Assembly (NCBI GenBank): GCA_020057115.1
Contig: JAGVGJ010000039.1
Coordinates: 52,806-116,805, forward strand
Reading direction: 5' to 3'
From: Candidatus Omnitrophota bacterium
Lineage (GTDB): Bacteria > Omnitrophota > Gorgyraeia > 2-01-FULL-45-10
DNA: 64,000 nucleotides
Part shown: positions 47,701 through 56,420 of the stretch, piece after piece
Layout: every line of letters begins with the position of its first letter
How positions within the stretch are numbered: the first letter of the stretch is position 1
Position numbers and translations under genes: made by a program
Notes under the pieces: model-generated
Told to the model about the DNA's origin: nothing
Seen by the model: the letters and a program-made list of their open reading frames with translations, nothing else
Database searches by the model: none

Positions 47701-48328
47701 AACGGCAAGCCTCATAGTGAAGGCCAGGAGGGCGTCAAGGGAAGGCAAGAAGCTTATAATCGGCATCGAGACGGACTGGATACCGGGGATCAATGATAAA
47801 TCAAGCCTCCAGCATAATACCGTAAGCCCGCTCATAAAGGCCGTAGAGGCGGTGGCAGCGACATTACGCTCTCTTAATCTTGAGGATGTCGTAGAGGTTG
47901 TGCATTCAGACGCAAAGAACCTGGCGGGAGAGATCATGAAGAGGGCTGGCAATGATACGTCAAACCTTTCGAACGTGGTGATCCTCGCCTCAAGCAATAC
48001 GGTGGATTCCCCGGGATTTGAGATATTAAAGAGCACCCCGCTGGAGGAGAGGGCTTTCATAGCCGCGGTAGATACGACCGAGCTCGAAAAATGGTATAAA
48101 GAGAATGAATATTCGACCAAACAGCCGGATGTCAAGATAGTTGAGATGCTATCGATAGCCCTGGAGTTATCTGTCGGGAATATTGAATTCTCAAAATTAC
48201 CGATAGTCCTCGGTTATGATGCCGGTAAGAGGTTAGTTATATTCCTGCCCAGGGCCGTTTCCAAGGACATAGAAGAGCTTAAGAAGATCTATGATCTGCA
48301 GATAGGCGCTTTGAGAAGGATGGCATAA
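41735..48328 (+). CDS. Giant multidomain protein: signal peptide, TM, mannitol-1-P dehydrogenase-like, HAD, putative nucleotidyltransferase/beta-helix, uridine-kinase-like P-loop, unknown C-terminus
   Basis: GAGRIGRG, RKLFVYNGAH..AYLG, DPIRKLS..DRLV.P (MtlD); WDFDNV and IDDS (HAD); DGGRKMRNMPLT; EGIQGAGKT...EEDWYH. Confidence 0.8.
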   Translation: MRNTIWFKTICMLLAAAFLSLDVAWAYPPDRMEPSRHNLAPESIFGERVMTDGTRARKADLLKEEELAGCVMSVAVLLFRDRTPVTRLETTLSPEFKKSIDGIDLSKVTAATIKDNKLDLIPLEDDRLIPKDQIAGIPYKKDGKYYYIQITPKGSPVAGRLIGKAWPISDMYEISVYAPDALVTMPVRSTDAGIVETAEEVARSPEAVIPPSMAPPSAPTVKMPEASRNPPGTTSYSFTFPAALAFLVPIFETAKNFIAEHPFISAGAGIAAGAVVGMLAYRKFLRMKRFAAGSFSNEKEAALTQIFDDLADVEDKTNNVTGDKKRVEAKEKTAVVIGAGRIGRGLIGKLLNDSGYKITFVNRSSGIVDALNRDGGYNLQIVGNDGSVISRRIGNVIAIAKSDTNGVTNAIYDTDTVFLAVFDQDFDDVSSVIAKGIENRLAGGVRRPINVIVVSNRFSAKHVVRDAILRHVSPMMRTDADALLGVVDTATFDIIPGIPDLLAEKDPSLIQVYSDMHLFADNSGFRGELLRLKGIDMTDNIKDIKLRKLFVYNGAHAICAYLGYLKRYEYIQEAINDPAIRGVVGAAFEEMRGLLGEWPDYDEFTRFVIARLADKRFNDKLERVAKDPIRKLSSYDRLVSPALLAIKNNKTPHAYAMGIAAALLYDDPADEEAVKMQARLAEEGGIGKVISEICGLRSQYKDEFVLIDLIRTKIAIARREKAKAELAKSMKAGIFDEDNYDKVVHVLGKVPKNVKLVVWDFDNVIGNTQKLYAEATAIVYWKIRKGIKEADAIPEDNDPVYRKGKDLYNQFLAEGPATFRTIQKAIEEVKSEKELASGLLPEAEYYKQFEAIREAMFSVLDPSDFFNPRMRELLCIVRALNPDVEFCVNTALEKSFFERQFMRPGFRGYFTSAKALSVEQRNAGNIEEAKARNLMVLLQEKGVKPEETVVIDDSSRFMNTVRMRAPDIFRIGVATDIRFGKNLIDKEVNVVFMNMKPTPEKLMMLGLNKKLLESNQDGSSVIKSVAPDVYMIRSEPKVQHDPGAIDWDIETAFSKKHGMQPVRSETARKVMEQSFEALVRKGSIKPNVIVNIKDFSPNAVAVYMSKLKEVSEYYNGNVTFVLVVENNIERFRNDMPSMFSAVAKAQAAIREAAKAKNADSEHFGTEYTMMIADGGRKMRNMPLTLAYLYEGLMPYEKDRIRLQEVFVRTGALLMQMPKCGVDDMAVVGSDSVFNSEKMVTAEGGPLASLRQRALVVPVVQYDAKEDMSTKIVRAADAQDKTQYVLVKPGKELLDKYRLKYKDSSYSGLHFLAIWKKSFLSDFLQVMQGEKMDNGDTFLELPCDMFMLFFQSVLMPEDEWAALRPSGISERDWKKARELSTRCFGQDLAQVRFVKMEAEEAFTDEGILETSLPRFSHLITDDRNVVKKSPDVDFANATAASLDHVIVKGSGKIVFGKNVKLSKVIIELNGEELNIPDNWTIVNSYLSGDCKFKECNSCVERDAAKAPRPGYILNGVFVKDGKLKPLAGMTFEDDTASTVLYTIHGEQIVVTVSIDASKAELDKMRFTKRNRSLMGLQVDADIQANIRAKDAIEKAVREEILSMPKIFPLSKDAVRKRVSIGTKKFDKPVEYAEIIKTLEDRIKRDSKGEDQYWVTIEGIQGAGKTYMINELKRVLEARGKNVVVIEEDWYHRSRMERDHEMDSLDKPEKKTRIYHAENWHKWGRLRDDIKDVKDAAMSGNEVTLTLKDLYNRDDEGQLTRVEKLAIKPGTIFIYSGFYVSDKGKVDIDSDLSIYIGINQEDSLIVKRERDKWRPRGEVWQLDDVIYRPAFEQYISTYDPAASSDIVIRFDNIDNRKKASFVMPLTKAEYKDYYDNEKKEAAKREREIQKQARSQITEKLKDMMRSSNNTKAMFEEAANRVVSLLRSESMLKGPSSDHEIKRQMTAAEIRERAEKIIVAAKAADRSRLPPDFGEYVALLKDNLERLEPDAITASLIVKARRASREGKKLIIGIETDWIPGINDKSSLQHNTVSPLIKAVEAVAATLRSLNLEDVVEVVHSDAKNLAGEIMKRAGNDTSNLSNVVILASSNTVDSPGFEILKSTPLEERAFIAAVDTTELEKWYKENEYSTKQPDVKIVEMLSIALELSVGNIEFSKLPIVLGYDAGKRLVIFLPRAVSKDIEELKKIYDLQIGALRRMA

Positions 48329-48356
48329 GTCCGTTAATTACCCCGCCAAAAAATAG

Positions 48357-48384
48357 TTGACAAAAATATATCAGGTTGTATAAT
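48357..48384 (+). promoter_or_regulatory. Sigma70 promoter for hppA
   Basis: TTGACA-16 bp-TATAAT. Confidence 0.75.
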
Positions 48385-48407
48385 ACGACCTAACGCATAA
48401 GACTGTG

Positions 48408-48500
48408 ATGTCTTCTAGTATAGTTATGCTAGAAGACATTTTATTTTTACTATACGGGCCTCTTTGATTAGAAGGCATATTATAGAGGCCCTGTTTTTTT
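48408..48500 (+). terminator. Two terminator-like hairpins inside the hppA leader
   Basis: ATGTCTTCTAG/CTAGAAGACAT plus TTTATTTTT; GGGCCTCT/AGAGGCCC plus TGTTTTTTT. Confidence 0.6.
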
Positions 48501-48522
48501 AACAGATAAGGAGCGAAAGGCC

Positions 48523-50847
48523 ATGGTTTACGGACTCACATTGTTCGAGCAGGTCGCCATATGGAGCGTCTTGGGAATAGCGCTGCTAGGTCTTCTTTAC
48601 GCCCTATTCCTGCGCAAGCAGATACTTGCGGAAGATAAGGGGACTGCCAAGATGCAGGAGGTTTGGAATGCCATCCGCGAAGGCGCAGACGCCTACCTTA
48701 AGAAACAGCTAGTCTCCATCCTTCCCTTGATAGGCATACTCACATTTGCTCTATTCTTCTCAGTTTATATAGTTCCGCCTTCCCAGGAGGCCATGCAGAG
48801 GTTCGCCGGCCACTCCACAGACCAGGTGCGCCTTATTATAGGTATAGGAAGAGCCATTGCATTCATCATGGGCGCCATATTCTCACTGCTGGTCGGCCAG
48901 CTTGGCATGAGGATGGCTGTCCAGGCCAATGTCCGCGTTGCTTCAGCATCAAAAAGGTCTTTTGGGGATGCGCTGCGCATAGCCTACCGCGCGGGTACGA
49001 TCACAGGCATGTTGACTGACGGCCTGGGACTCTTCGGCGGCACCATCATATTCATAATATTCGGCATAGCTGCTCCTGATGCCCTTCTCGGTTTCGGTTT
49101 CGGCGGAACACTCTTAGCGCTCTTCATGAGGGTGGGCGGCGGTATCTTCACAAAGGCAGCTGACGTAGGCGCTGACCTCGTGGGTAAGGTCGAGGCAGGC
49201 ATACCCGAAGATGATCCGCGTAACCCGGCGGTTATAGCGGACCTTGTCGGTGACAATGTCGGCGACTGCGCAGGTATGGCAGCTGACATATTCGAATCAT
49301 ACGAAGTCACGATCGTTTCCGCCTTGATACTGGGGCTTGCGCTATACCACATCACCCATAGGCTGGAGTGGATAGTCTATCCGCTACTTGTCCGCGGCAT
49401 AGGCGTCATCTGCTCTATTATAGGTACTTATGCGGTCAGGAGCAGCCCTTCCAAGAGCGGCAATGCCATGGTCGCCATCTTTAAAGGCTTCCTGACATCG
49501 GCGGTTATTTCGATAGCTATGTTCGGCGTGCTTGCATTCTTCTATATGAAGAACACGCCGGGCGGATGGTGGAGACCGTTCCTTGCCACTACTGTCGGCG
49601 TATTATTGGCCATCATGATAGACCGCCTTACCGAATATTTCACCGGCACGCACGGAAGGCCTGTCCGTGAGATAAGAAAGTCCACCAATACAGGCGCTGC
49701 TACGACGATACTTTCAGGTCTTGCGGTGGGCCTCGAGTCTTCCGTATGGTCCATACTTGTTATTGCCGGCACGATATTCTCTTCGATATTGATATTTGGG
49801 ACTATGTCAGGGGTGAGCGGCGTAGACAGGGTTGCATACATCCTTTACGGCGTTGCGATGACCGGTATCGGCATGTTGACGCTGACAGGCAACAACGTCG
49901 CGATGGACTCATTCGGTCCCATAGCCGATAATGCTAACGGCATAGGCGAGATGGCATGGCACGGCCAGACTGACAAAGATACTAAGGATGCCCGCCAGAT
50001 CATGGCTGACCTGGACGGCGTAGGCAATACCACGAAGGCCATTACAAAGGGGGTCGCCATAGGCTCGGCCGTTATAGCTGCAGTTTCGCTATTTGGCGCA
50101 TATATGGTCGATGTCTCAAAAGTCCAGGCGGCTATGGGCGTTGCGGCGGCCGACCAGCTTAGTGCTGTCGGTATCCGCGTATCAGTTCCTCAAGTTTTCG
50201 TCGGCATGCTTATCGGCGGGGCGCTTCCGTGGTTATTCTCCTCTTTCTGCATACAGGCTGTCAGCCGCGCTGCTTCATTAATAGTGGAAGAGGTCCGCCG
50301 CCAGTTCAAGATGGGCGTCCTGGAGGGCAAAGTGAAGCCTGATTATAAACAGGCCGTTGCTATTTCCACTACCGCCGCCCAGAAAGAGCTTATAAGCCTT
50401 GCGGCGATGAGCGTCATTGCTCCGATACTCGTAGGGCTCGTTCTTCAGGTAGAGGCGCTAGGCGGATTCCTTGCAGGCATAATCCTTTCAGGCCAGCTCT
50501 TAGCGGTATTCATGTCAAATGCGGGCGGCGCGTGGGATAATGCGAAAAAGACGATCGAGGATGAACCTCGCGATACAGCCAAAAATACAGGCAAGGGTTC
50601 GGAGCGCCATAAGGCAAGCGTTGTCGGTGATACCGTTGGAGATCCGCTAAAGGATACAGCGGGCCCGGCATTGAATCCAATGATCAAGGTTGTAAACCTT
50701 GTATCGGTCATCATAGCTCCGATAGTCGTTCAGTATAACAAACTAGGTCTAGGCGGATGGCTCGTAGTCGCAGGGCTTTCGGCTGCGATGGTGTGGGCTA
50801 TAATGCATTCCAAGAAGCCGACGCCTGAATTAGCGCCGGTAAAGTAG
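48523..50847 (+). CDS. hppA: Membrane pyrophosphatase, K+-independent H+-PPase type
   Basis: DVGADLVGKVE, EDDPRN, DNVGD, GNTTKAIT (Lys/Thr signature), GDTVGDPLKDT. Confidence 0.95.
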   Translation: MVYGLTLFEQVAIWSVLGIALLGLLYALFLRKQILAEDKGTAKMQEVWNAIREGADAYLKKQLVSILPLIGILTFALFFSVYIVPPSQEAMQRFAGHSTDQVRLIIGIGRAIAFIMGAIFSLLVGQLGMRMAVQANVRVASASKRSFGDALRIAYRAGTITGMLTDGLGLFGGTIIFIIFGIAAPDALLGFGFGGTLLALFMRVGGGIFTKAADVGADLVGKVEAGIPEDDPRNPAVIADLVGDNVGDCAGMAADIFESYEVTIVSALILGLALYHITHRLEWIVYPLLVRGIGVICSIIGTYAVRSSPSKSGNAMVAIFKGFLTSAVISIAMFGVLAFFYMKNTPGGWWRPFLATTVGVLLAIMIDRLTEYFTGTHGRPVREIRKSTNTGAATTILSGLAVGLESSVWSILVIAGTIFSSILIFGTMSGVSGVDRVAYILYGVAMTGIGMLTLTGNNVAMDSFGPIADNANGIGEMAWHGQTDKDTKDARQIMADLDGVGNTTKAITKGVAIGSAVIAAVSLFGAYMVDVSKVQAAMGVAAADQLSAVGIRVSVPQVFVGMLIGGALPWLFSSFCIQAVSRAASLIVEEVRRQFKMGVLEGKVKPDYKQAVAISTTAAQKELISLAAMSVIAPILVGLVLQVEALGGFLAGIILSGQLLAVFMSNAGGAWDNAKKTIEDEPRDTAKNTGKGSERHKASVVGDTVGDPLKDTAGPALNPMIKVVNLVSVIIAPIVVQYNKLGLGGWLVVAGLSAAMVWAIMHSKKPTPELAPVK

Positions 50848-50863
50848 AGAGATATTTACCACG

Positions 50864-50911
50864 CTGTCATTGCGAGGAGCGAACGAAGTGAGCGACGAAG
50901 CAATCTATCAA
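50864..50911 (+). repeat. REP/RPE-like element, copy 1
   Basis: CTGTCATTGCGAGG...CGAAGCAATCTATCAA. Confidence 0.8.
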
Positions 50912-50916
50912 CTATC

Positions 50917-52353
50917 ATGAAGAATATGATCCTTTTGTCAGCCATATTCGTTCCGGTAATAGGTTCATTTATATTGCCTGTTATCGGAAAGATCTCTGAG
51001 CGCGCGAGAAATGGTCTCGCGCTCTGTTTTGTCCTCGTATCTTTAGTCGGATCATCACTCCTGATACCGTCTGTCCTGGCAGGCAATGCCGTTACATTCT
51101 CAAGAGCCCTGCCGGTAGGGTTCAATATGGTATTTACCGCAGACTCGCTTGCGGTATTCATGGCTATCTGTTCTTCTTTAGTGGGCGCCGTCATAGTACT
51201 GTTCTCGTTCGGTTATATAAGCCATTATGAGAACAGGAACGAATATTACCTTATGGTCGTGCTGTTCCTGGGCGCCATGATGGGGATCATATTTTCGGCC
51301 AACCTTATATGCATGTTCCTCTTCTGGGAGATAACGGCGATAGCGAGCTGGAGGCTGATAGGTTTCTTCAGGGGCAAGAACGACGTCTTGAAGGCGGACA
51401 AAGCGTTCCTTGTGACAGTATTCGGAGCGCTCGTCATGCTGCTGGGTTTTGTGCTCATCGCTCAACAGGCGGGATCGTTCGACCTCTCGGTTATAAAAGA
51501 GACATTTAAGGCAAGCCCCGTACCCGATATAGCGGTCCTGCTGATACTTATCGGCATACTCACGAAATCAGCCACATTGCCTTTCCACACATGGCTTCCG
51601 GACGCCGGCGTGGCGCCATCGCCTGTCACCGCACTCCTGCACGCCGCAGTCTTAGTCAAGATAGGCGTCTATGTATTCGCAAGGTTATTCATAGTGACAT
51701 TCACCTTTAGCCAGATGTGGCATGTGATAGTGCCGTGGATCGCCGCCTCCAGCGCTCTCGTATCGGCAGGCGCAGCGCTCATCGACACCGACTTAAAGAG
51801 GATCATAGCTTATTCTACGGTGAGCCAGATAGCTTTTATATTCCTTGGCCTTGCGATAGGCGGGCCGCTCGGGGTCGCGGGAGCGATGCTCTACATATTG
51901 ATGCATGGTATCGCCAAGGGCGGGCTATTCCTTTGCGCCGGCATAATCGAGCAGAACACGCACACGAAAGATATCACGAAGATGGGGGGGCTTGTCGCGA
52001 CGATGCCTGTCACGGCAGTGGCTTTCTTGTTCTGCGCCTTCTCAGTCATGGGCATCCCGCCGTTCGGAGGATTCTTCTCAAAGTATATGGTCATGTCGAG
52101 CGTTTTCACAAGCGGGCAAATGGCCCTGGCGTTGACATTTTTAGTCGGAGCGTTCCTGACGATACTCTACATGTTCAGGTTGTTTAATATGATATTTATG
52201 GGCGACGCTCAAGGCGCTCCTGCAAAAGAGGGGAGCCGGGTCATGGTCGTGTCTGTCGCGATACTCGGCGCCTTATCATTGCTTGGCGGATTATATATAA
52301 TCTATCCTTCAAATTATGTGCAGATAGCCGTAAAACAGATGCTCGGGATGTAA
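50917..52353 (+). CDS. Antiporter-like subunit (NuoL/MrpA family)
   Basis: FLFWE, KSATLPFHTWLPDA, LLHAA, KRIIAYSTVSQ. Confidence 0.9.
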   Translation: MKNMILLSAIFVPVIGSFILPVIGKISERARNGLALCFVLVSLVGSSLLIPSVLAGNAVTFSRALPVGFNMVFTADSLAVFMAICSSLVGAVIVLFSFGYISHYENRNEYYLMVVLFLGAMMGIIFSANLICMFLFWEITAIASWRLIGFFRGKNDVLKADKAFLVTVFGALVMLLGFVLIAQQAGSFDLSVIKETFKASPVPDIAVLLILIGILTKSATLPFHTWLPDAGVAPSPVTALLHAAVLVKIGVYVFARLFIVTFTFSQMWHVIVPWIAASSALVSAGAALIDTDLKRIIAYSTVSQIAFIFLGLAIGGPLGVAGAMLYILMHGIAKGGLFLCAGIIEQNTHTKDITKMGGLVATMPVTAVAFLFCAFSVMGIPPFGGFFSKYMVMSSVFTSGQMALALTFLVGAFLTILYMFRLFNMIFMGDAQGAPAKEGSRVMVVSVAILGALSLLGGLYIIYPSNYVQIAVKQMLGM

Positions 52354-52354
52354 G

Positions 52355-54175
52355 ATGAGACCAGAGATATTATTATTACCTATATTGATACCGTTCGCCT
52401 CAGGGGTGCTGGCGTTATTCACCTCCCGTAAGTACCGCGGCATGGTTGCCCTTATAGCCGCAGCCATGAATCTGGCGCTAGCCTGTTTCCTGTTCAAGGC
52501 CAACGTCATATTTACAGCTCCCTGGGCGGGTTTTGGTTTCGAGTTCATCTTAAGGGCATACCAGTTCTCAGGTTTTATAATCGGCGCCGCGGCATGTTTC
52601 GCGATACTCATTACCTTATACTGCACCGTATTCCTGAAGGAGAAGGCGTTCTCCAACCAGTTTTACGCGTACCTTTTGATATCCATAGCCATGCTGAACG
52701 GGGCTGTCCTGGCGGACAACCTGGTGGCCATGCTCTTCTTCTGGGAAGGCATGCTCCTGACGCTCTTCGGCCTCATCGCCATAGGAAGGCCCGGCGCATT
52801 CAAGACCGCTACGAAAGCCTTCGTGATCGTCGGCATATGCGACCTCTGCATGATGGCAGGGATAGCCCTCTCAGGCCATCTCGCCGGCACGCTCACGATC
52901 TCCAAAATAAGCCTTGATATAACCGGGCTCGGAGGGCTGGCGTTCATCCTCCTCATGATAGGCGCGATATCCAAGGCAGGCTCGATGCCATTCCACAGCT
53001 GGATACCGGATGCCGCGCTCGACGCGCCGCTTCCGTTCATGGCCATATTCCCGGGAGCTTTGGAAAAACTTATAGGGATATATTTCCTGACGAGGATATC
53101 GCTCGACATGTTTAAACTCGACCCTCATTCGTGGGTAAGCATGGTGATGATGATAGTCGGCTCCCTCACAATAGTGCTTGCCGTATCGATGGCGCTCATC
53201 CAGAAAGATTACAAGAGACTCCTCTCTTATCACGCCATAAGCCAGGTAGGATATATGATACTGGGCATAGGCACTCTCGTGCCGGCCGGCATAATCGGCG
53301 GGCTATTCCACATGCTCAATAATGCCATATACAAATCCTGCCTGTTCCTGACCGGCGGAGCGGTGGAGAAAGAGACGGGCACTACAGACCTTAAGAAGTT
53401 GGGGGGCTTGTGGAAGAAGATGCCGGTCACGTTCGCGTGTTTTGCTGTCGCGGCAGTTTCAATATCCGGCGTTCCGCCTTTCAACGGTTTCTTCTCGAAA
53501 GAGCTCGTCTACGACGGCGCTTTAGAGAGGGGAATGATATTCTATATTGCGGCGCTTTTAGGATCATTCCTTACGGCGGCGTCATTCTTAAAGCTCGGGC
53601 ATGCGGCATACCTGGGAAAGATATCTAAAGAGAATGAACGAGCGAAAGAGGCGCCCATTCAGATGCTTCTTCCCATGATAGTGATCGCGTCTTTTTGCAT
53701 CATCTTCGGCCTCTGGAATACGCTGCCCATACAGAAGCTGATACAGCCGATACTCGGCGAGAGGCTGGAGGGGCATAATTACGGAGGCTTCCCGACCAAT
53801 ATGATGCTTGTGATAGCGACGGTGGCAGTGCTATTGGCGGCGCTCATAAACCATATCTTCGGCGTGAAAAAGTCGGGCTCAGGCCTGGGCGCAGTTGACC
53901 ACATACATCATGCGCCCGTACTTTCCGGCATATACGATAAAGCAGAGAAGAGGCTCTTCGATCCTTATGCAATAGGCCTCAAGATAGTTGACGTAGTGTC
54001 GAAGATAGCCTGGTCGGTCGACAGGGGGATAGACTGGGTCTATAACGTATTTTTTGTGGATGCGGCGTTTGCCGTATCAAATGGCATAAGGAGCCTGCAC
54101 AACGGAAGCTACGCCGCGTATCTTGCGTGGTCGCTTGCGGGCGCGGGTCTAGTGATAATATTTTTGATGAGATAG
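52355..54175 (+). CDS. Antiporter-like subunit with a NuoL-like C-terminal extension
   Basis: FFWE, KAGSMPFHSWIPDA, KRLLSYHAISQ, LHNG near the C-terminus. Confidence 0.9.
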   Translation: MRPEILLLPILIPFASGVLALFTSRKYRGMVALIAAAMNLALACFLFKANVIFTAPWAGFGFEFILRAYQFSGFIIGAAACFAILITLYCTVFLKEKAFSNQFYAYLLISIAMLNGAVLADNLVAMLFFWEGMLLTLFGLIAIGRPGAFKTATKAFVIVGICDLCMMAGIALSGHLAGTLTISKISLDITGLGGLAFILLMIGAISKAGSMPFHSWIPDAALDAPLPFMAIFPGALEKLIGIYFLTRISLDMFKLDPHSWVSMVMMIVGSLTIVLAVSMALIQKDYKRLLSYHAISQVGYMILGIGTLVPAGIIGGLFHMLNNAIYKSCLFLTGGAVEKETGTTDLKKLGGLWKKMPVTFACFAVAAVSISGVPPFNGFFSKELVYDGALERGMIFYIAALLGSFLTAASFLKLGHAAYLGKISKENERAKEAPIQMLLPMIVIASFCIIFGLWNTLPIQKLIQPILGERLEGHNYGGFPTNMMLVIATVAVLLAALINHIFGVKKSGSGLGAVDHIHHAPVLSGIYDKAEKRLFDPYAIGLKIVDVVSKIAWSVDRGIDWVYNVFFVDAAFAVSNGIRSLHNGSYAAYLAWSLAGAGLVIIFLMR

Positions 54176-54185
54176 GAGACAATAA

Positions 54186-55616
54186 GTGCCGGCATTGTTT
54201 TTCTTAATACCGCTTATCGGAGTGATAACGCTGAACCTGCCGTTCAGAAAGCTGATGAAGAAGACGGCGTTCTGGTTTGCCGCGGTTCTTTTTATCTTTC
54301 AAATAGTCCTCGTCTCATCTCATCGCACAAGTTTCTGGGGGACGGGGCTAGTCCAGGGTTCCTTCTTTAACGTCAATTTTTACGTCGATCATCTAACCCT
54401 CATAATGCTTTTCTCTATCAGCATAGTTTCTCTTGCCAGCCTCCTTGTGGCCCGCGCCATGATATCCGACGAGAATAAGAGGTTTAATTTTATAAACTTG
54501 CTGATAACCGCCGCCATCGGCATGAACGGCATCGTGATGGTGAAGGACATATTCTCATTGTACGTTTTCCTCGAAGTCGCGGCCGTATCGGCGTTCATCA
54601 TGATAACCATAAATAAAGACAAGCCGGCCCTTGAAGGGGCGTTCAAATATATATTGCTCTCGGCGATAGCGACGATAATGATGCTCTCGTCGATAGGCTT
54701 ATTGCTATTGATCGCAGGCGACACTTCTTTTGGCGCGATAAGCGCGGCCATATCCTCTTCTCCACAGAGCATGCTGGTCAAGCTTGCCATGGCGATATTC
54801 CTGTGCGGGCTGTTCATAAAGGGCGGCCTCATCCCGTTCCACGGCTGGCTTCCGGACGCATACTCCGCGGCCGCAGCGCCGGCGTCAGTGCTCCTGGCAG
54901 GCATAGTTACCAAGGTATCAGGCATATATACCCTTATAAGGATAGTGACGTCACTATTCGGCTTTACCCCGGCCGTTTCAAAAGTACTCCTTCTTATCGG
55001 AGCCGCCTCAATAGTCATCGGCGCTTTTGCGGCGTTAGGGCAAAAAGATCTTAAAAGGATGCTGGCCTATTCAAGCATAAGCCAGGTGGGATACATAATA
55101 ATAGGTTTTGGCACGGGCTCAGTGCTTGGCGTAACCGGAGCGGTCTTCCATCTGTTTAACCATGCCATATTTAAATCTCTTCTCTTCGTAAATGCAGCCG
55201 CGGTTGAGAAAGAGGCTGGAACGGTAGATATGGATAGATTGGGAGGATTATCCCAGACGATGCCTATAACGGGGACGACATCCGCGATAGCGTTTCTGTC
55301 GACATCAGGCATACCGCCTCTTGCCGGGTTCTGGTCAAAGGTCATAATAATAATCGCGCTCTGGCAGGCGGGATATATAGCTTATGCGGCAGTTGCGGTC
55401 CTGACGAGCGTCCTGACCGCGGCATATCTTATTACGATGCAGAGGAAGGCATTCTTTGGCAATATCGCCCCAGGCTTGGAAAGGACTAAAGAGGCTCCTC
55501 TGGCCATATGCGTCGCTTCGATAATACTTGCGGCAGTTACGGTAGGCGTCGGCGTATTCTTCCCGTTCGTCTTTAATAATTTTATTATGCCTGTAAAAGA
55601 AATATTGATAAAATGA
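54186..55616 (+). CDS. Antiporter-like subunit (MrpD/NuoN-M family)
   Basis: YVFLEV, LEGAFKY, PFHGWLPDAY, KRMLAYSSISQ; GTG start with GGAG RBS. Confidence 0.9.
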   Translation: MPALFFLIPLIGVITLNLPFRKLMKKTAFWFAAVLFIFQIVLVSSHRTSFWGTGLVQGSFFNVNFYVDHLTLIMLFSISIVSLASLLVARAMISDENKRFNFINLLITAAIGMNGIVMVKDIFSLYVFLEVAAVSAFIMITINKDKPALEGAFKYILLSAIATIMMLSSIGLLLLIAGDTSFGAISAAISSSPQSMLVKLAMAIFLCGLFIKGGLIPFHGWLPDAYSAAAAPASVLLAGIVTKVSGIYTLIRIVTSLFGFTPAVSKVLLLIGAASIVIGAFAALGQKDLKRMLAYSSISQVGYIIIGFGTGSVLGVTGAVFHLFNHAIFKSLLFVNAAAVEKEAGTVDMDRLGGLSQTMPITGTTSAIAFLSTSGIPPLAGFWSKVIIIIALWQAGYIAYAAVAVLTSVLTAAYLITMQRKAFFGNIAPGLERTKEAPLAICVASIILAAVTVGVGVFFPFVFNNFIMPVKEILIK

Positions 55617-56107
55617 CCATCGATCTTATATTGCTCGTAATGATGACGATCGCGGCCCTCTGGGCCGTAATGGCGCGCAGCCTGTTAAAAGCGGCCATCG
55701 CGCTTGCTGTCACAAGCGCCGTAGTCACGATAATCATGTTCCGCCTCGCCTCGCCGCTTGCGGCAGTATTCGAGCTCTCCGTCTGCACGGGCCTCATAAC
55801 GGCGATATTTGTCAGCGCCATAAGCCTGACCAGGCCGCTTACCCACGCGCAGACGATAGCGATGTCAAAGAATAAGTTCAGGAGGTATTGGTATCTCCCG
55901 GTCATCATGGTCATCGCGGCCGCGGCGCTATTTCTCCTTAAGATCAAGGTCGATGTGCCGCTTCCTCAAGTTCTGGCTATCGACGATGTCCGCAATATCA
56001 TGTGGAACTTAAGGCAGCTCGACATGTACGGCCAGATAGTGCTCATCCTTGCGGGTTCGTTCGGCATAGTGATACTTTTTAGAGAGAGCGACAAAGATGG
56101 AAGCTAA
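55613..56107 (+). CDS. NuoJ/MbhD-E-like membrane subunit
   Basis: AAVFELSVCTGL, MWNLRQLDMYGQ; hydrophobic. Confidence 0.72.
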   Translation: MTIDLILLVMMTIAALWAVMARSLLKAAIALAVTSAVVTIIMFRLASPLAAVFELSVCTGLITAIFVSAISLTRPLTHAQTIAMSKNKFRRYWYLPVIMVIAAAALFLLKIKVDVPLPQVLAIDDVRNIMWNLRQLDMYGQIVLILAGSFGIVILFRESDKDGS

Positions 56108-56417
56108 TAACATACAATTATTCTCGATATTCGGCATATTTATCGTGATGCTCTTCATCGCGGGCCTTTACTGCATATTGATGACGCGTAACATGATGAG
56201 GGCGCTTATAGGCCTTGAGATATTGACCAAGGCTGTCACCGTCCTTCTTATATTGGCAGGATATGTGACCGGCAACATGGCCTTCGCCCAATCGATAGTA
56301 ATAACGCTCATCATCATAGAAGTCGTGGTCATCGCCATAACGGCAGGCGTGATATTAAGCATATACAGGCATACCAATTCATTGGACAGAAGCACTATCA
56401 GGGACTTAAAAGGTTAA
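56097..56417 (+). CDS. NuoK/MrpC-like subunit
   Basis: GLY..LMTRNMMRALIGLEIL with a second membrane Glu. Confidence 0.85.
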   Translation: MEANNIQLFSIFGIFIVMLFIAGLYCILMTRNMMRALIGLEILTKAVTVLLILAGYVTGNMAFAQSIVITLIIIEVVVIAITAGVILSIYRHTNSLDRSTIRDLKG

Positions 56418-56420
56418 TAT

